Source: an uncultured archaeon (GTDB taxonomy: Archaea > Aenigmatarchaeota > Aenigmatarchaeia > GW2011-AR5). Taken from it: 64,000 nucleotides of DNA. The notes below the pieces were generated by a model. The model did no database searches and was not told the DNA's origin. It saw nothing but the letters and a program-made list of their open reading frames with translations. The stretch is from positions 22,328 through 86,327 of the forward strand of contig CAYJVT010000001.1 of the NCBI GenBank assembly GCA_964373695.1, given 5' to 3'. Below are positions 27,825 through 36,910 of this stretch, piece by piece (positions within the stretch are counted from its first letter, which is position 1; each line of letters starts with the position of its first letter). The position numbers were made by a program, and so were the translations under genes.

Positions 27825-28648
27825 CAAACCTCGTCCCGATGGCAGGGCTCGGGAAGCGCTTCTCTGACGAAGGCTACAGCTTGCCGAAGCCGCTGATACC
27901 AGTGTCAGGCAGGCCGATGATAGTGCAGGCAATAAGGAGCATGCCTTCTGACAAGGATTGGGTTTTCGTGTGCAGGAAGGAGCACATAGAAAAATATCAT
28001 GTTGACAAAATCCTCATGAAGGAAGCGCCTTCCTGTAAAATCATTGCCGTTGACAAAACGACAGAAGGACAGGCATCCACATGCCTCCTCGCAAAGGGCT
28101 TCATAGACATGGAAAAGCCGCTTTTCATAGGCGCGTGCGACAACGGCATGGTATTCGACAGGGAGAAATGGAAAAAGCTTACTTCTGACAAGAGTATAGA
28201 CGCAATAATTCTGACATTCACGAGGCAGCCCAACATGACAAGAAATCCCAAGGCGTGGGGCTGGGTTGTTAATGACAATGGCGTTGTGCGGGATATATCT
28301 GTAAAAGTGCCTGTGAGCGACGACCCTTTCAACGACCACGCCGTCGTGGGCTCGTTCTGGTTCCGCACCGGCCAGGTATTCGTTGACGCGGCGGAGCAGA
28401 TGATAGCCTCCAACAAGCGCACGAACAACGAGTTCTATGTCGATTCTGTGCCCATGGAAATCATCGCGAACGGCGGCAAGGTCATGATATTCGACCTGAA
28501 GCAGTACATAGGATGGGGAACCCCCATAGACCTCCGCGAGTACGAGCATTGGGAATCTGCCATATTGAAGGGCGCCTCAGAGCAAGACAGGAAATCCGAT
28601 TTTTACGGCTTCTGGAAGGATTATTTCACGAAAAACATGATAAGATGA
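27821..28648 (+). CDS. Sugar/polyol-phosphate nucleotidyltransferase, WGTP-motif family (paralog 1 of 4 domains)
   Basis: MTNLVPMAGLGKRFSDEGYSLPKPLIPVSGRPMI... with a C-terminal ...YIGWGTPIDLREYEHW. The ATGA overlap with the upstream gene supports the start at 27821. Confidence 0.75.
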   Translation: MTNLVPMAGLGKRFSDEGYSLPKPLIPVSGRPMIVQAIRSMPSDKDWVFVCRKEHIEKYHVDKILMKEAPSCKIIAVDKTTEGQASTCLLAKGFIDMEKPLFIGACDNGMVFDREKWKKLTSDKSIDAIILTFTRQPNMTRNPKAWGWVVNDNGVVRDISVKVPVSDDPFNDHAVVGSFWFRTGQVFVDAAEQMIASNKRTNNEFYVDSVPMEIIANGGKVMIFDLKQYIGWGTPIDLREYEHWESAILKGASEQDRKSDFYGFWKDYFTKNMIR

Positions 28649-28691
28649 GCGCCCTGCCAAAAGTTAAATAAACTTGATTTAATGTGGTCAA

Positions 28692-31172
28692 ATGGGGCTC
28701 GTGGAAAGGCTTGAAGCGGGCGACAGGATAGGAAGCCAGTTTTCAAGGTTCGTCGTCATAGGCGGCATAAGCACGCTGATAAACTACGCCGTTTTCCTCG
28801 TCCTGTATGCCATGCTTTCCGTAAACTACCTTGTCGCGTCAGCCGCCGGCTACGTGGTCGGCGCCGTCTTTGGATATTACTTCAACGCCCGCCTGACCTT
28901 CAGGAGCAGGCCCGGCCTCAGCGTGATGCCCTATTTTGCCGTATACCTGTTCTCGCTGGTGGCGGGTCTTGGGGTGCTGAGGTTCTTCTCTGTGTCGGCC
29001 GGCATAGAGCCGCTGTTTTCAAACGTGATTTCAATAGCGTTCACGGCGGCGGCCAACTTCCTGGGGTGCAGGTATCTGGTTTTCGGCGGCCTGAAAATAC
29101 CTTCGGTATTCAAAAGTAAGGCATTCCTGTCTGTGCTTGCCTTAAAGATAATTTTCGCCTTTCTTTTAGCCTCGGACTTCATGACGCAGCTCTTCATACC
29201 GTTTGTGCAATATTTCGTCGGGAACCCGCTTTCAAATCCCTACCAGCATTTCATCGACATAGGCAACGTGAAGGCGTTCCCGTACCCCCCATTCATGCTC
29301 CTGGTAGTCTCCGTCCCGTACATGCTGTTTGGCGTCTTCAGCGGGCCGTTTTTTGAGCTTTTCGCGATGCGTATACCGCTTCTGGCGGCCGACATAGCGA
29401 TATTCTACGTTCTGTACAGGATTCTGGACGGGAAGAAGGTGATGCTCCTCTACTGGGCGTCCCCTGTGGTGTTCTACATAACGTATATCCACGGCCAGCT
29501 CGACATAATACCCGTGGCGCTCCTGTTCCTGTCAGCCTATTTCCTCAAAGGCCGTCAGTACGTGAAATCCGCGGCCCTCCTGGGCGCCGGCATCGCGGCG
29601 AAGTCGTTTGTCTTCGTGGCGCTTCCTCTTTACCTCGCTTACCTGATAAAGAAAAAAATCCGCTGGATAGGGACGGCTGCATTTTTCGCCATTTCCCTGG
29701 GGATGTATGCCGCCTTCCTCGTGCCCTTTGTCTTCAGCGAAGGCTTCGTCCGCATGGTATTCGGCGCCGAGGAGCAGTTCAGGCTGTTCAATCTTTCGGT
29801 GGATTTAACCCTTGGCCTGGTCTATTACATAGTTCCTGCAGCCTATGCATACATACTTTTCAAGGCATTCTCCTTCAAGAGGATGACGAGTGACATGCTG
29901 TTCGTCCTTCTGGGCATGACCCTTACATTTCTTGTCACGTTCATACATCCTGAGCGCGGCTGGTATATGTGGGCTATCCCGTTCGTAATCTATTTTCTGG
30001 TGAAGGAGAGGATAAGCGTATGGATTTACTCGGCTTTCAATGCCGCGTACCTCCTTTACTTCCTTTTCGTTCCGGACTCGGACGTGTTCCGCGTATTCCA
30101 GGTGGTGTGGCCATCTATATCATCACTGATGACGCCGTACTACATGCTGGTTTCCGCAGGAATCCCATCGGACATACTGGTCAACGTCCTGTTCACCGCC
30201 ATGACGTCGGCGCTGCTTTACCTTACGTACATAATCTACAGGAGGGGCGTCAGAAGCGGTCTGCTGTTCCAGGAGAAGAACGGAATACCGATAATAGGGA
30301 TAGGAGGCGACTCAGGCTCCGGCAAGACCACCCTTGCGAAGACTCTTTCGGAACTGTTTGGCAGGGAGCGCGTGACGACTGTATACGGGGATGACATACA
30401 CAGATGGGAGAGAAAAGACAGTAACTGGGAAAAGTATACGCATCTCAACCCTGCCGGAAACAGAATTTACCTGAATTACAGGCAGATAAGGAAGCTGAAG
30501 GGCGGCGCCACGATAAGCAGGCCGCATTACGACCACGGCACCGGGAAATTCACTTCCCCGTCCAGTATAAAGCCGAGAGACATAATAATCTCCGAAGGCC
30601 TCCATACGTTTTTCATCAGCGAATCCAATAGCATCTACGAAATAAAGGCTTTCCTTGACCCCGATCCATCATTAAGAGTTCTGTGGAAGCTCAGGCGTGA
30701 TATGAAGCTCAGGGGATACTCAAAGAAGGAGGTAATGAAGAAACTTGGGCAAAGAAGGCGCGACTCAGACAGGTTCATCGCGCCGCAGAAGATGTATGCC
30801 GACATGGTGATTTCTTACATGCCTGAAGGGAAGGTGAGCTTTTCCGACATTGAAAATGACGTTCCTGTAAGGCTGCAGATCGACGTGAAGAACGACATAC
30901 CGCTCGAAGGTTTTCTGGAGGCTGCGTCCGGAATAAAATCTCTCGGCATAGAGATGGAATACCATGACCACAGATTCCAGCGCATGGTGTTCAGGGGCGG
31001 CGCTTCGGTGGAAGATATTGGAAATCTGCTGAACTCCCTTGACATAGATTACGAAACGTACGAAATAGACAGGAACGGAATCAGGGGCGGGTTCGACGGC
31101 ATTTTACAGGTTATTTTCCTTTATTGCCTCAACGAAAGGCTCAAGGTGCTGGGTGGTGGCGGCGATGAATGA
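28692..31172 (+). CDS. Three-domain fusion: GtrA-like module + GT-C-like polytopic membrane domain + phosphoribulokinase/uridine-kinase-family P-loop kinase
   Basis: aa 1-125 FSRFVVIGGISTLINYAVFLVLY...FLGCRYLVFG (GtrA); aa ~130-520 carry >10 hydrophobic helices; aa ~525-826 carry GIPIIGIGGDSGSGKTTLAKTL (Walker A) and ISEGLHTFF...FLDPDPSLRVLWKLRRDMKLRGYSKKEVMKKLGQRRRDSDRFIAPQKMYADMVI (PRK signature region). Confidence 0.8.
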   Translation: MGLVERLEAGDRIGSQFSRFVVIGGISTLINYAVFLVLYAMLSVNYLVASAAGYVVGAVFGYYFNARLTFRSRPGLSVMPYFAVYLFSLVAGLGVLRFFSVSAGIEPLFSNVISIAFTAAANFLGCRYLVFGGLKIPSVFKSKAFLSVLALKIIFAFLLASDFMTQLFIPFVQYFVGNPLSNPYQHFIDIGNVKAFPYPPFMLLVVSVPYMLFGVFSGPFFELFAMRIPLLAADIAIFYVLYRILDGKKVMLLYWASPVVFYITYIHGQLDIIPVALLFLSAYFLKGRQYVKSAALLGAGIAAKSFVFVALPLYLAYLIKKKIRWIGTAAFFAISLGMYAAFLVPFVFSEGFVRMVFGAEEQFRLFNLSVDLTLGLVYYIVPAAYAYILFKAFSFKRMTSDMLFVLLGMTLTFLVTFIHPERGWYMWAIPFVIYFLVKERISVWIYSAFNAAYLLYFLFVPDSDVFRVFQVVWPSISSLMTPYYMLVSAGIPSDILVNVLFTAMTSALLYLTYIIYRRGVRSGLLFQEKNGIPIIGIGGDSGSGKTTLAKTLSELFGRERVTTVYGDDIHRWERKDSNWEKYTHLNPAGNRIYLNYRQIRKLKGGATISRPHYDHGTGKFTSPSSIKPRDIIISEGLHTFFISESNSIYEIKAFLDPDPSLRVLWKLRRDMKLRGYSKKEVMKKLGQRRRDSDRFIAPQKMYADMVISYMPEGKVSFSDIENDVPVRLQIDVKNDIPLEGFLEAASGIKSLGIEMEYHDHRFQRMVFRGGASVEDIGNLLNSLDIDYETYEIDRNGIRGGFDGILQVIFLYCLNERLKVLGGGGDE

Positions 31173-32097
31173 ACTTGAATGGCTCGTAAAGACCTCAGGG
31201 AATATCGGAAGCGACCCAAGGCTTGTCCAGGGCACCGGGGGCAACCTGTCAGTGAAGCTCGGCGGAAAGATGATGATAAAATCCTCCGGGGTCAGAATGG
31301 ATGCTGTCAGTAACGGCAGCGGATGGAGCGTCGTCGACCACGGGAAGATAGCCGGCATATATTCAAGAAGATTAACAGAGGAAGACGCCGGGAGGGTTTT
31401 GGAAGAAGCCATTATCGAAGGCTCAAAGCCCTCGATAGAGACGGGGTTTCACTCGTTTCTTGAAAAATACGTCATTCACGTCCACCCTGTCCATCTTAAT
31501 GTCATTCTGTGCTGTGAAAAAAGCGCTGAAATTATGTCCGAAATTTTCTCGCCGGACGAATTCACCTGGGTTCCTTATACCAAGGTAGGCCACAGACTGG
31601 CAGCAGAGATAAAAGACCGCGGCCATGACAGAGGGATTATATTCCTGGAAAATCACGGTGTGATAATATCATCAGACAGCCCCAAGGACTGCACAGAAAT
31701 TCTTTCGTCTGTCGAGGAGCGTGTAAGAAAATACCTAGAGTCAAAAATCCGGCCGTTCGAGCCGTTTTCATATACGATACCAAGGGAAGCGGAAGGCTGC
31801 TATGTCAGCACTTCCGAAGCGGTTCTGCGCGGCAGGTCGGGAATTTTCTCCGGCTTTCTTTTCCCTGACGCCGTCGTCTTCTCCTTGCCGGAAAAGATAA
31901 AAGCTGACGCCAAGGGCGTAACGTATTTAATGGATTATGCGAATGCTGTAAACGTTGATGGCGTGCTGGCGGCTCATGCATACATAAAGGAAAATGCCGC
32001 AAAGCTCGGCATGCTGAAATACCTCACGGAAATGGAAATCAGCGACATAATAGGCATGGAATCTGAAAAATACAGGAGAAAGATGGTTGGATTATGA
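31165..32097 (+). CDS. Class II aldolase/adducin-family protein (FucA/AraD/MtnB-like aldolase, epimerase or dehydratase)
   Basis: ...GNIGSDPRLVQGTGGNLSVKLGG... matches the class II aldolase N-terminal motif, with metal-ligand His residues (HSFLEKYVIHVHPVH). ATG at 31165 overlaps the upstream stop (ATGA). Confidence 0.7.
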   Translation: MNELEWLVKTSGNIGSDPRLVQGTGGNLSVKLGGKMMIKSSGVRMDAVSNGSGWSVVDHGKIAGIYSRRLTEEDAGRVLEEAIIEGSKPSIETGFHSFLEKYVIHVHPVHLNVILCCEKSAEIMSEIFSPDEFTWVPYTKVGHRLAAEIKDRGHDRGIIFLENHGVIISSDSPKDCTEILSSVEERVRKYLESKIRPFEPFSYTIPREAEGCYVSTSEAVLRGRSGIFSGFLFPDAVVFSLPEKIKADAKGVTYLMDYANAVNVDGVLAAHAYIKENAAKLGMLKYLTEMEISDIIGMESEKYRRKMVGL

Positions 32098-32963
32098 AAG
32101 TGATAATACCGGCGGCCGGGATTGGCCAGAGATTTCTGGATGCCGGATATAAAAAACCGAAGCCGCTGATACTCGCCGACGGCATCCCGTTTGCCAGGCA
32201 TGTGGCAAATATGTTTTCCCCTAGCGATGAGTTTGTTTTCGTGTGCAATGAAGAGCACCTGAAAACGACGGAGATGCGCAGCGTCGTCGAAAGCGTCGGC
32301 CGCATAGTTTCCATAAAGCCCCACTCCCTCGGCCCTGTGCACAGCGTTCTTGCCGCCTCTGACCTCATAGAGGAAGATGAGCCTGTGATGGTCTGCTACT
32401 GCGATTTCTACGAATGGTGGGATTATCAGCATTTCAAAGATACAGTGAAAGAAAGCGGATGCGACGCGGCCGTCACCGCGTACACCGGATTCCACCCCCA
32501 CCTTCTGGGCACCGGCCTATACGCCTCGATGAAAGTGGAAAACGGCTGGATGCTGGAATGCAGGGAGAAGCACAGCTTTACGGAGGACAAGATGGACAGC
32601 TTCCACCAGACTGGAAAGTTTTACTTCTCCACCGGAAGCATTTTGAAAAGGTTCTTCAGTGATATAAAGGAAAGGAACCTCGTAGTGAACGGTGAATTCT
32701 ACATCAGCGTCGTGACGCAGGCGATGGTGGAGGCGGGCCTGAAGGTGATGGTATATCCGGTGGAGCATTTCCTCCAGTGGGGCACGCCGCAGGAGCTGGA
32801 GGAATACACGCAGTGGTCAGGGTACTTCTCGGGCAAGAACGGGTTGCCGGAGGCTTTCGACGAAAGGAGCTTAGGATACTGGGAATCGTTCTTCAGGAAA
32901 TGCCCGTGGCATCCGTACGGAAAAGGTGGGGCTCATGATAAAGGGGATTATGCTAGACCTTGA
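32094..32963 (+). CDS. Sugar/polyol-phosphate nucleotidyltransferase, WGTP-motif family (paralog 2)
   Basis: MKVIIPAAGIGQRFLDAGYKKPKPLILADGIPF... with a C-terminal ...FLQWGTPQELEEYTQW. ATGA overlap with the aldolase gene. Confidence 0.75.
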   Translation: MKVIIPAAGIGQRFLDAGYKKPKPLILADGIPFARHVANMFSPSDEFVFVCNEEHLKTTEMRSVVESVGRIVSIKPHSLGPVHSVLAASDLIEEDEPVMVCYCDFYEWWDYQHFKDTVKESGCDAAVTAYTGFHPHLLGTGLYASMKVENGWMLECREKHSFTEDKMDSFHQTGKFYFSTGSILKRFFSDIKERNLVVNGEFYISVVTQAMVEAGLKVMVYPVEHFLQWGTPQELEEYTQWSGYFSGKNGLPEAFDERSLGYWESFFRKCPWHPYGKGGAHDKGDYARP

Positions 32964-33594
32964 CAACACCCTCTATGACTATGAAACCTGCAATGAATAC
33001 GCAAAATACGAGCTTTTCCGCAAAATCGAGGGCGATATGGGCGTTGCCGGCGCCGAAAAGGCGTTCGACGAAGCAAGAAAATCCGTGAAGAAGTCTCTTG
33101 AGAAGACGGCGGCCGGCCATTCGCGCCTTCTTTACATAGGGAAGGCGCTAGAGGCCCTTGGCATAAGCGCACTCCATTCGGTGCGCTATCATGATTTTTT
33201 CTGGGAAAAATATTTCGAGAAAATGGAGCTTTTCGAGAGCGTCGCGGATTTTCTCGAGCATGCAAAAAATTCCGGGATGAAAATCTGCATAGTCACGGAC
33301 CTCACCGCCGAAATCCAGATGAAGAAAATAATCCACCTCGGGATAGAAGGCTATGTAGATTTTATCGTGTCGTCTGAGGAGGTGGGTGAAGATAAGCCGT
33401 CATCGAAGGTGTTCTGCATGGCCCTAGAGAAGATGGGTATGAAAAAGGAGGATGTTGTTATGGTGGGGGACGACGAGGAAAAGGACATAAAAGGCGCGGA
33501 AAATGCAGGCATCCGTGCGGTGAAGGCGGACCCTTCCATCTTTGCATCCGGGAGGCTCGTGGAAATCCTGCAGGCGGCGGATAGGTTTAAGTAA
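32935..33594 (+). CDS. HAD-superfamily hydrolase (subfamily IA-like phosphatase)
   Basis: MIKGIMLDLDNTLYDYE... (motif I DxDxT), ...CIVTD... (motif II), ...KP... and ...VVMVGDDEEKDIKGAENAG... (motifs III/IV). Confidence 0.8.
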   Translation: MIKGIMLDLDNTLYDYETCNEYAKYELFRKIEGDMGVAGAEKAFDEARKSVKKSLEKTAAGHSRLLYIGKALEALGISALHSVRYHDFFWEKYFEKMELFESVADFLEHAKNSGMKICIVTDLTAEIQMKKIIHLGIEGYVDFIVSSEEVGEDKPSSKVFCMALEKMGMKKEDVVMVGDDEEKDIKGAENAGIRAVKADPSIFASGRLVEILQAADRFK

Positions 33595-33616
33595 ATTTTT
33601 TGCGTATCTTTGGAAT

Positions 33617-34246
33617 ATGATACTGCTCCCGAAGCTCAGGCTCGGCGTAACCGCATTTTCGGGCCCAGAATCCGTGGAAGCGATAAGTAAAATGGGGGTC
33701 AGGCATGTGAACATCCCTTCATCTCTCCTGAATGCTGACAACGCCGGTGCCTACATGGAGAACGCCAAAAAATTCAATATCACAATCGAGGCCGTGTGCA
33801 CCGGCGGCTCGGATAATTTCGCGGAGCTGGCGGCAGCCGTGGGAGCGAAGGCACTGTGCATAGCCTTGGATGACATAAGCCTTATCGGAGCCGTTTCGGA
33901 CAGCGCCAAGAGCACAGGACTTAATTATCTGATATGGGAACCTGCAGGCATCGGTATGGAAGACTGTAAAAGGACTCTGACAGACATCAGCAAGACGTCT
34001 GCCATTCCTGTGAAGCTCGCACTCTCTCTCGAGTCGGATAACATCTACGAGATGTCGAGAATTATAGGAAAGGACGCCATGATAATCATAAGGAGGAAGG
34101 AAGACATTGCAATACTCGGGAAGGTTATCGACAGCCTGAGAACGGGTGGCTCTAGGGAAAACATGATAATGCTGGATATGCCTTCGGCAGCCATTGACAG
34201 CCTCGAGACCTCGGTGGACTACTGTAGGAGTTTCGTCAGAGAGTGA
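33617..34246 (+). CDS. Hypothetical protein, possibly TIM-barrel-like
   Basis: ~210 aa from MILLPKLRLGVTAFSG.... No confident family. Its position in the operon supports a real gene. Confidence 0.35.
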   Translation: MILLPKLRLGVTAFSGPESVEAISKMGVRHVNIPSSLLNADNAGAYMENAKKFNITIEAVCTGGSDNFAELAAAVGAKALCIALDDISLIGAVSDSAKSTGLNYLIWEPAGIGMEDCKRTLTDISKTSAIPVKLALSLESDNIYEMSRIIGKDAMIIIRRKEDIAILGKVIDSLRTGGSRENMIMLDMPSAAIDSLETSVDYCRSFVRE

Positions 34247-34251
34247 AATTA

Positions 34252-35151
34252 ATGACAAAAATCAAATTCGGCACTGACCTTGACTTTGCGGTTAACAGGT
34301 ATCCGGAGCCTGAGGAATGGGCACGCGTCCTGTCGGAAGAGCTTGGCGTCAGGCATGCCCAGTTCCGCTCCGACCTCATCCAGCCGCATTTTTCCGATGA
34401 AATAATAAATGAGCAGGCTGAAAGGGTAAGAGCCGCATGCAAGGAATACGGAATCAGGCTGGAGCATGCGTTCACCAGCCAGAGATGGGCCTACTGCGGC
34501 CATCCTGACGCAAAAATAAGGGAATACTGGCACTGGTGGCTGAAGCGCTATTCTGATATTGCTGCAAAAGTCGGTGCGCGGAGCGCAGGAAGCCGCCTCG
34601 GCATATACAGCATGAAAGACCTTTCAACAAGGAAGGAGTTCATTCTAAAGGAGATAATGAGTTTCTGGAAGAAATGGGCATCTTATTCGAAGAAGGCCGG
34701 CCTTGACTGCCTGACATTCGAGCATCTCTCAATCCCGAGGGAGCTTGCCGACACGATAGAAGGCGCAAGACAGGTGCTTGACATGGCAAAGGGCTCCGAA
34801 ATTCCAATCCTGTTGTGCCTTGACACCGACCAAGGAAATGTGATGTCCGGAAACCCGAAGGATGGCGACCCGTACGAATGGCTCAGGGAATTCGGCAAAG
34901 ACGCGCCTATCCTGCACCTCAAACAGAGAATAAGAGGCAACGCCTCGTCTGGCAAGCCGTTCACGCCCGAAAACAACAAGGAAGGAATGATAATACCGGA
35001 GAAAGTCGTGGAAGCACTTGAAGAAAGCGGAGCGAAGGAAGTCAACCTTTACCTTGAGCCTTCATTCCGCGAACGCCTGCCGCAGGACAACAACGTAATC
35101 AGTGACCTCAGGCAGTCGGTCAACTTCTGGAAGCCTTACGCCGACGAATAG
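34252..35151 (+). CDS. Xylose-isomerase-like TIM-barrel protein (sugar-phosphate isomerase/epimerase family)
   Basis: 300 aa. MTKIKFGTDLDFAV... and the spacing of conserved E/H/D residues (...TFEHLS..., ...LCLDTDQGN..., ...LHLKQ...) are typical of the AP-endonuclease-2/xylose-isomerase-like fold. Confidence 0.6.
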   Translation: MTKIKFGTDLDFAVNRYPEPEEWARVLSEELGVRHAQFRSDLIQPHFSDEIINEQAERVRAACKEYGIRLEHAFTSQRWAYCGHPDAKIREYWHWWLKRYSDIAAKVGARSAGSRLGIYSMKDLSTRKEFILKEIMSFWKKWASYSKKAGLDCLTFEHLSIPRELADTIEGARQVLDMAKGSEIPILLCLDTDQGNVMSGNPKDGDPYEWLREFGKDAPILHLKQRIRGNASSGKPFTPENNKEGMIIPEKVVEALEESGAKEVNLYLEPSFRERLPQDNNVISDLRQSVNFWKPYADE

Positions 35152-35179
35152 CTCAAAGCCTATGAAACGTCTGTCATGC

Positions 35180-35752
35180 TCACTCCAGATTCGCGTGGTA
35201 TTTCCACAGCTCTTCGCCGGGAATGCTTTTCCTGCCTTGTATCATCAAAGATACTATGTCCCCGAATACGTGGAGTGACTGGTCAAAGAGCGTGCTCATG
35301 GGCTGTATAGACTTCACGCCTTCCTGCATATTGGTCTTCGTCGGGCATTTCAGGTGGACGCACATGTCTGCAAGAGATTTTATTGTGGATTGCTCCGAAG
35401 ATGTAATGAGAGCCAGCTTGGCGTTGTGCTTCTTCGCTATCTGCGATATTGTGACAGGAACCTTGCTCTCGCCTGAGCCGCTGGCGACTATGAGGAGATC
35501 GCGCGGCGTTATGGCCTTTTCTGCGACGGAGCCGACGACGTGGCAGTCTATGCCCAAATGGCTTAAGCGCTTTGCCATGCACTGCAAGGAAAGGAATACG
35601 CGGCCGACTGCTATGAAGAATACTTTCTCGGCTCTCAGTATTTCTTCCACTAGCGCATCCACTTCGTTTGTATCGACCATTTTCGTTACGCTGTATATCT
35701 CGTCCAGGACAGACACTGTGAACTTGCTGTATTCGTGCTCCATAAACATCAC
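35180..35752 (-). CDS. SIS-domain sugar isomerase, 6-phospho-3-hexuloisomerase (PHI)-like
   Basis: 190 aa with ...KVFFIAVGRVFLSLQCMAKRLSHLG... and ...LLIVASGSGES..., an SIS pattern with PHI-like length. Confidence 0.65.
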   Translation of the reverse strand: MMFMEHEYSKFTVSVLDEIYSVTKMVDTNEVDALVEEILRAEKVFFIAVGRVFLSLQCMAKRLSHLGIDCHVVGSVAEKAITPRDLLIVASGSGESKVPVTISQIAKKHNAKLALITSSEQSTIKSLADMCVHLKCPTKTNMQEGVKSIQPMSTLFDQSLHVFGDIVSLMIQGRKSIPGEELWKYHANLE

Positions 35753-36789
35753 GGTTCCACGACGACCTTCAGGCCGTCACGGTTTTTTACTGTTTCAAAC
35801 GCCTTTAAAATATCGTCAAGTGGGAATTTGTGAGTTATGATATTTTTCGTCTTTATGTCTCCGTTTGCAAGCAGCTCCAGGGCCTTCCTGTGGTGATCTT
35901 TTGTGGAGGAAAATGAGCCGCCGACGGCGAACTGCCTGTAATGCATGTAGTTGTTCTGGAATGTCACGGTGTCGTCGGTGCCTTTCGGCACGCCGCCAAA
36001 AAGGTTCACGAAACCGCCCTTTGCCACAGCCTGGATGCAGGCGCGATGCGCATTTATGTCACTGCACGCCGAAACAACGATATCATATCCCCTTCCGCCT
36101 GTCAGCTCTATGGACTCCTCAAGGAAGTCGTTGTTCTCCGAATGGATATAATGGTCGGCGCCTGTAGGCCTTGACATCTCAAGCCTTTTCTCATTCCTGT
36201 CAACAAGAACAGCCATCGAGGCGCCCATTATCTGTGCCGTATTTATCATGAGATTTCCTATCGGCCCAGCCCCTATCACGAGCACACTTTTCCCTTCTTT
36301 CATGCCGGCGAATTCCAGCCCGTTGTATACGCATGCGAGCGGCTCTGCAAAGGACGCCTCGACAAAGTCGAGGTTCTTCGGCATGAAATTAATCGGCCCG
36401 CGTTCCGCCGCTTCCTTCGGCAAAAGCAGATATTCAGCGAAGCCTCCCGGGACGGTCGAGCCTATGGAGATAACATTCTGGCAAAGCATGTCCAGGCCCC
36501 TCCGGCATTCCTCACAGTTTCTGCATGATATCTCATTACCCATGGCAAGCCTGTCTCCAATGCTGAAATTCTCCACGCCTTTTCCAATTTCAGTAACAGT
36601 GCCGGCGATTTCGTGCCCCATTACAAAGGGGAATTTCTTTATCCTGTCGCCGTACTCGTAGAACCTGAGGTCTGAGCCGCAGACGCCGCATGCGCCAACC
36701 TTAAGGAGTATCTCACCTTCTTTCGGGACAGGCGTTTCGACATCCCCGACCCTCATATTTTTGGGGCTTTCAAGAAGGGCGGCTTTCAT
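35749..36789 (-). CDS. Zinc-dependent alcohol/polyol(-phosphate) dehydrogenase (MDR family)
   Basis: 346 aa with ...GACGVCGSDL...GHEIAG... (catalytic Zn), CRNCEECRRG (structural Zn) and GAGPIGN (Rossmann). Confidence 0.85.
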   Translation of the reverse strand: MKAALLESPKNMRVGDVETPVPKEGEILLKVGACGVCGSDLRFYEYGDRIKKFPFVMGHEIAGTVTEIGKGVENFSIGDRLAMGNEISCRNCEECRRGLDMLCQNVISIGSTVPGGFAEYLLLPKEAAERGPINFMPKNLDFVEASFAEPLACVYNGLEFAGMKEGKSVLVIGAGPIGNLMINTAQIMGASMAVLVDRNEKRLEMSRPTGADHYIHSENNDFLEESIELTGGRGYDIVVSACSDINAHRACIQAVAKGGFVNLFGGVPKGTDDTVTFQNNYMHYRQFAVGGSFSSTKDHHRKALELLANGDIKTKNIITHKFPLDDILKAFETVKNRDGLKVVVEP

Positions 36790-36910
36790 GCTAGTCCTAA
36801 ATCAAAAGTCTTTATAACAGTATCGTATGAAAAAAACGTCGTTTTGTTGCATTGTTTATGAAGAATAGAACGGTTTCGGTTTTAAAAGCGTTTTTCCTTA
36901 ATACAAATAA
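36790..36910. promoter_or_regulatory. AT-rich bidirectional promoter region between the divergent ADH/SIS operon and the tandem nucleotidyltransferase gene
   Basis: 121-bp gap containing ctttataa and ttttaaaa TATA-like boxes. Confidence 0.3.

Noticed and set aside
27905-28549. 214-aa ORF on the - strand
   Set aside because: Antisense to the WGTP-family nucleotidyltransferase. Shadow ORF.
33617-34246. Possible 3-hexulose-6-phosphate synthase (HPS) partner for the PHI-like SIS gene
   Set aside because: The size (~210 aa) fits, but the sequence lacks the HPS/OMP-decarboxylase-like N-terminal LQVALD-type motif. Left as hypothetical.
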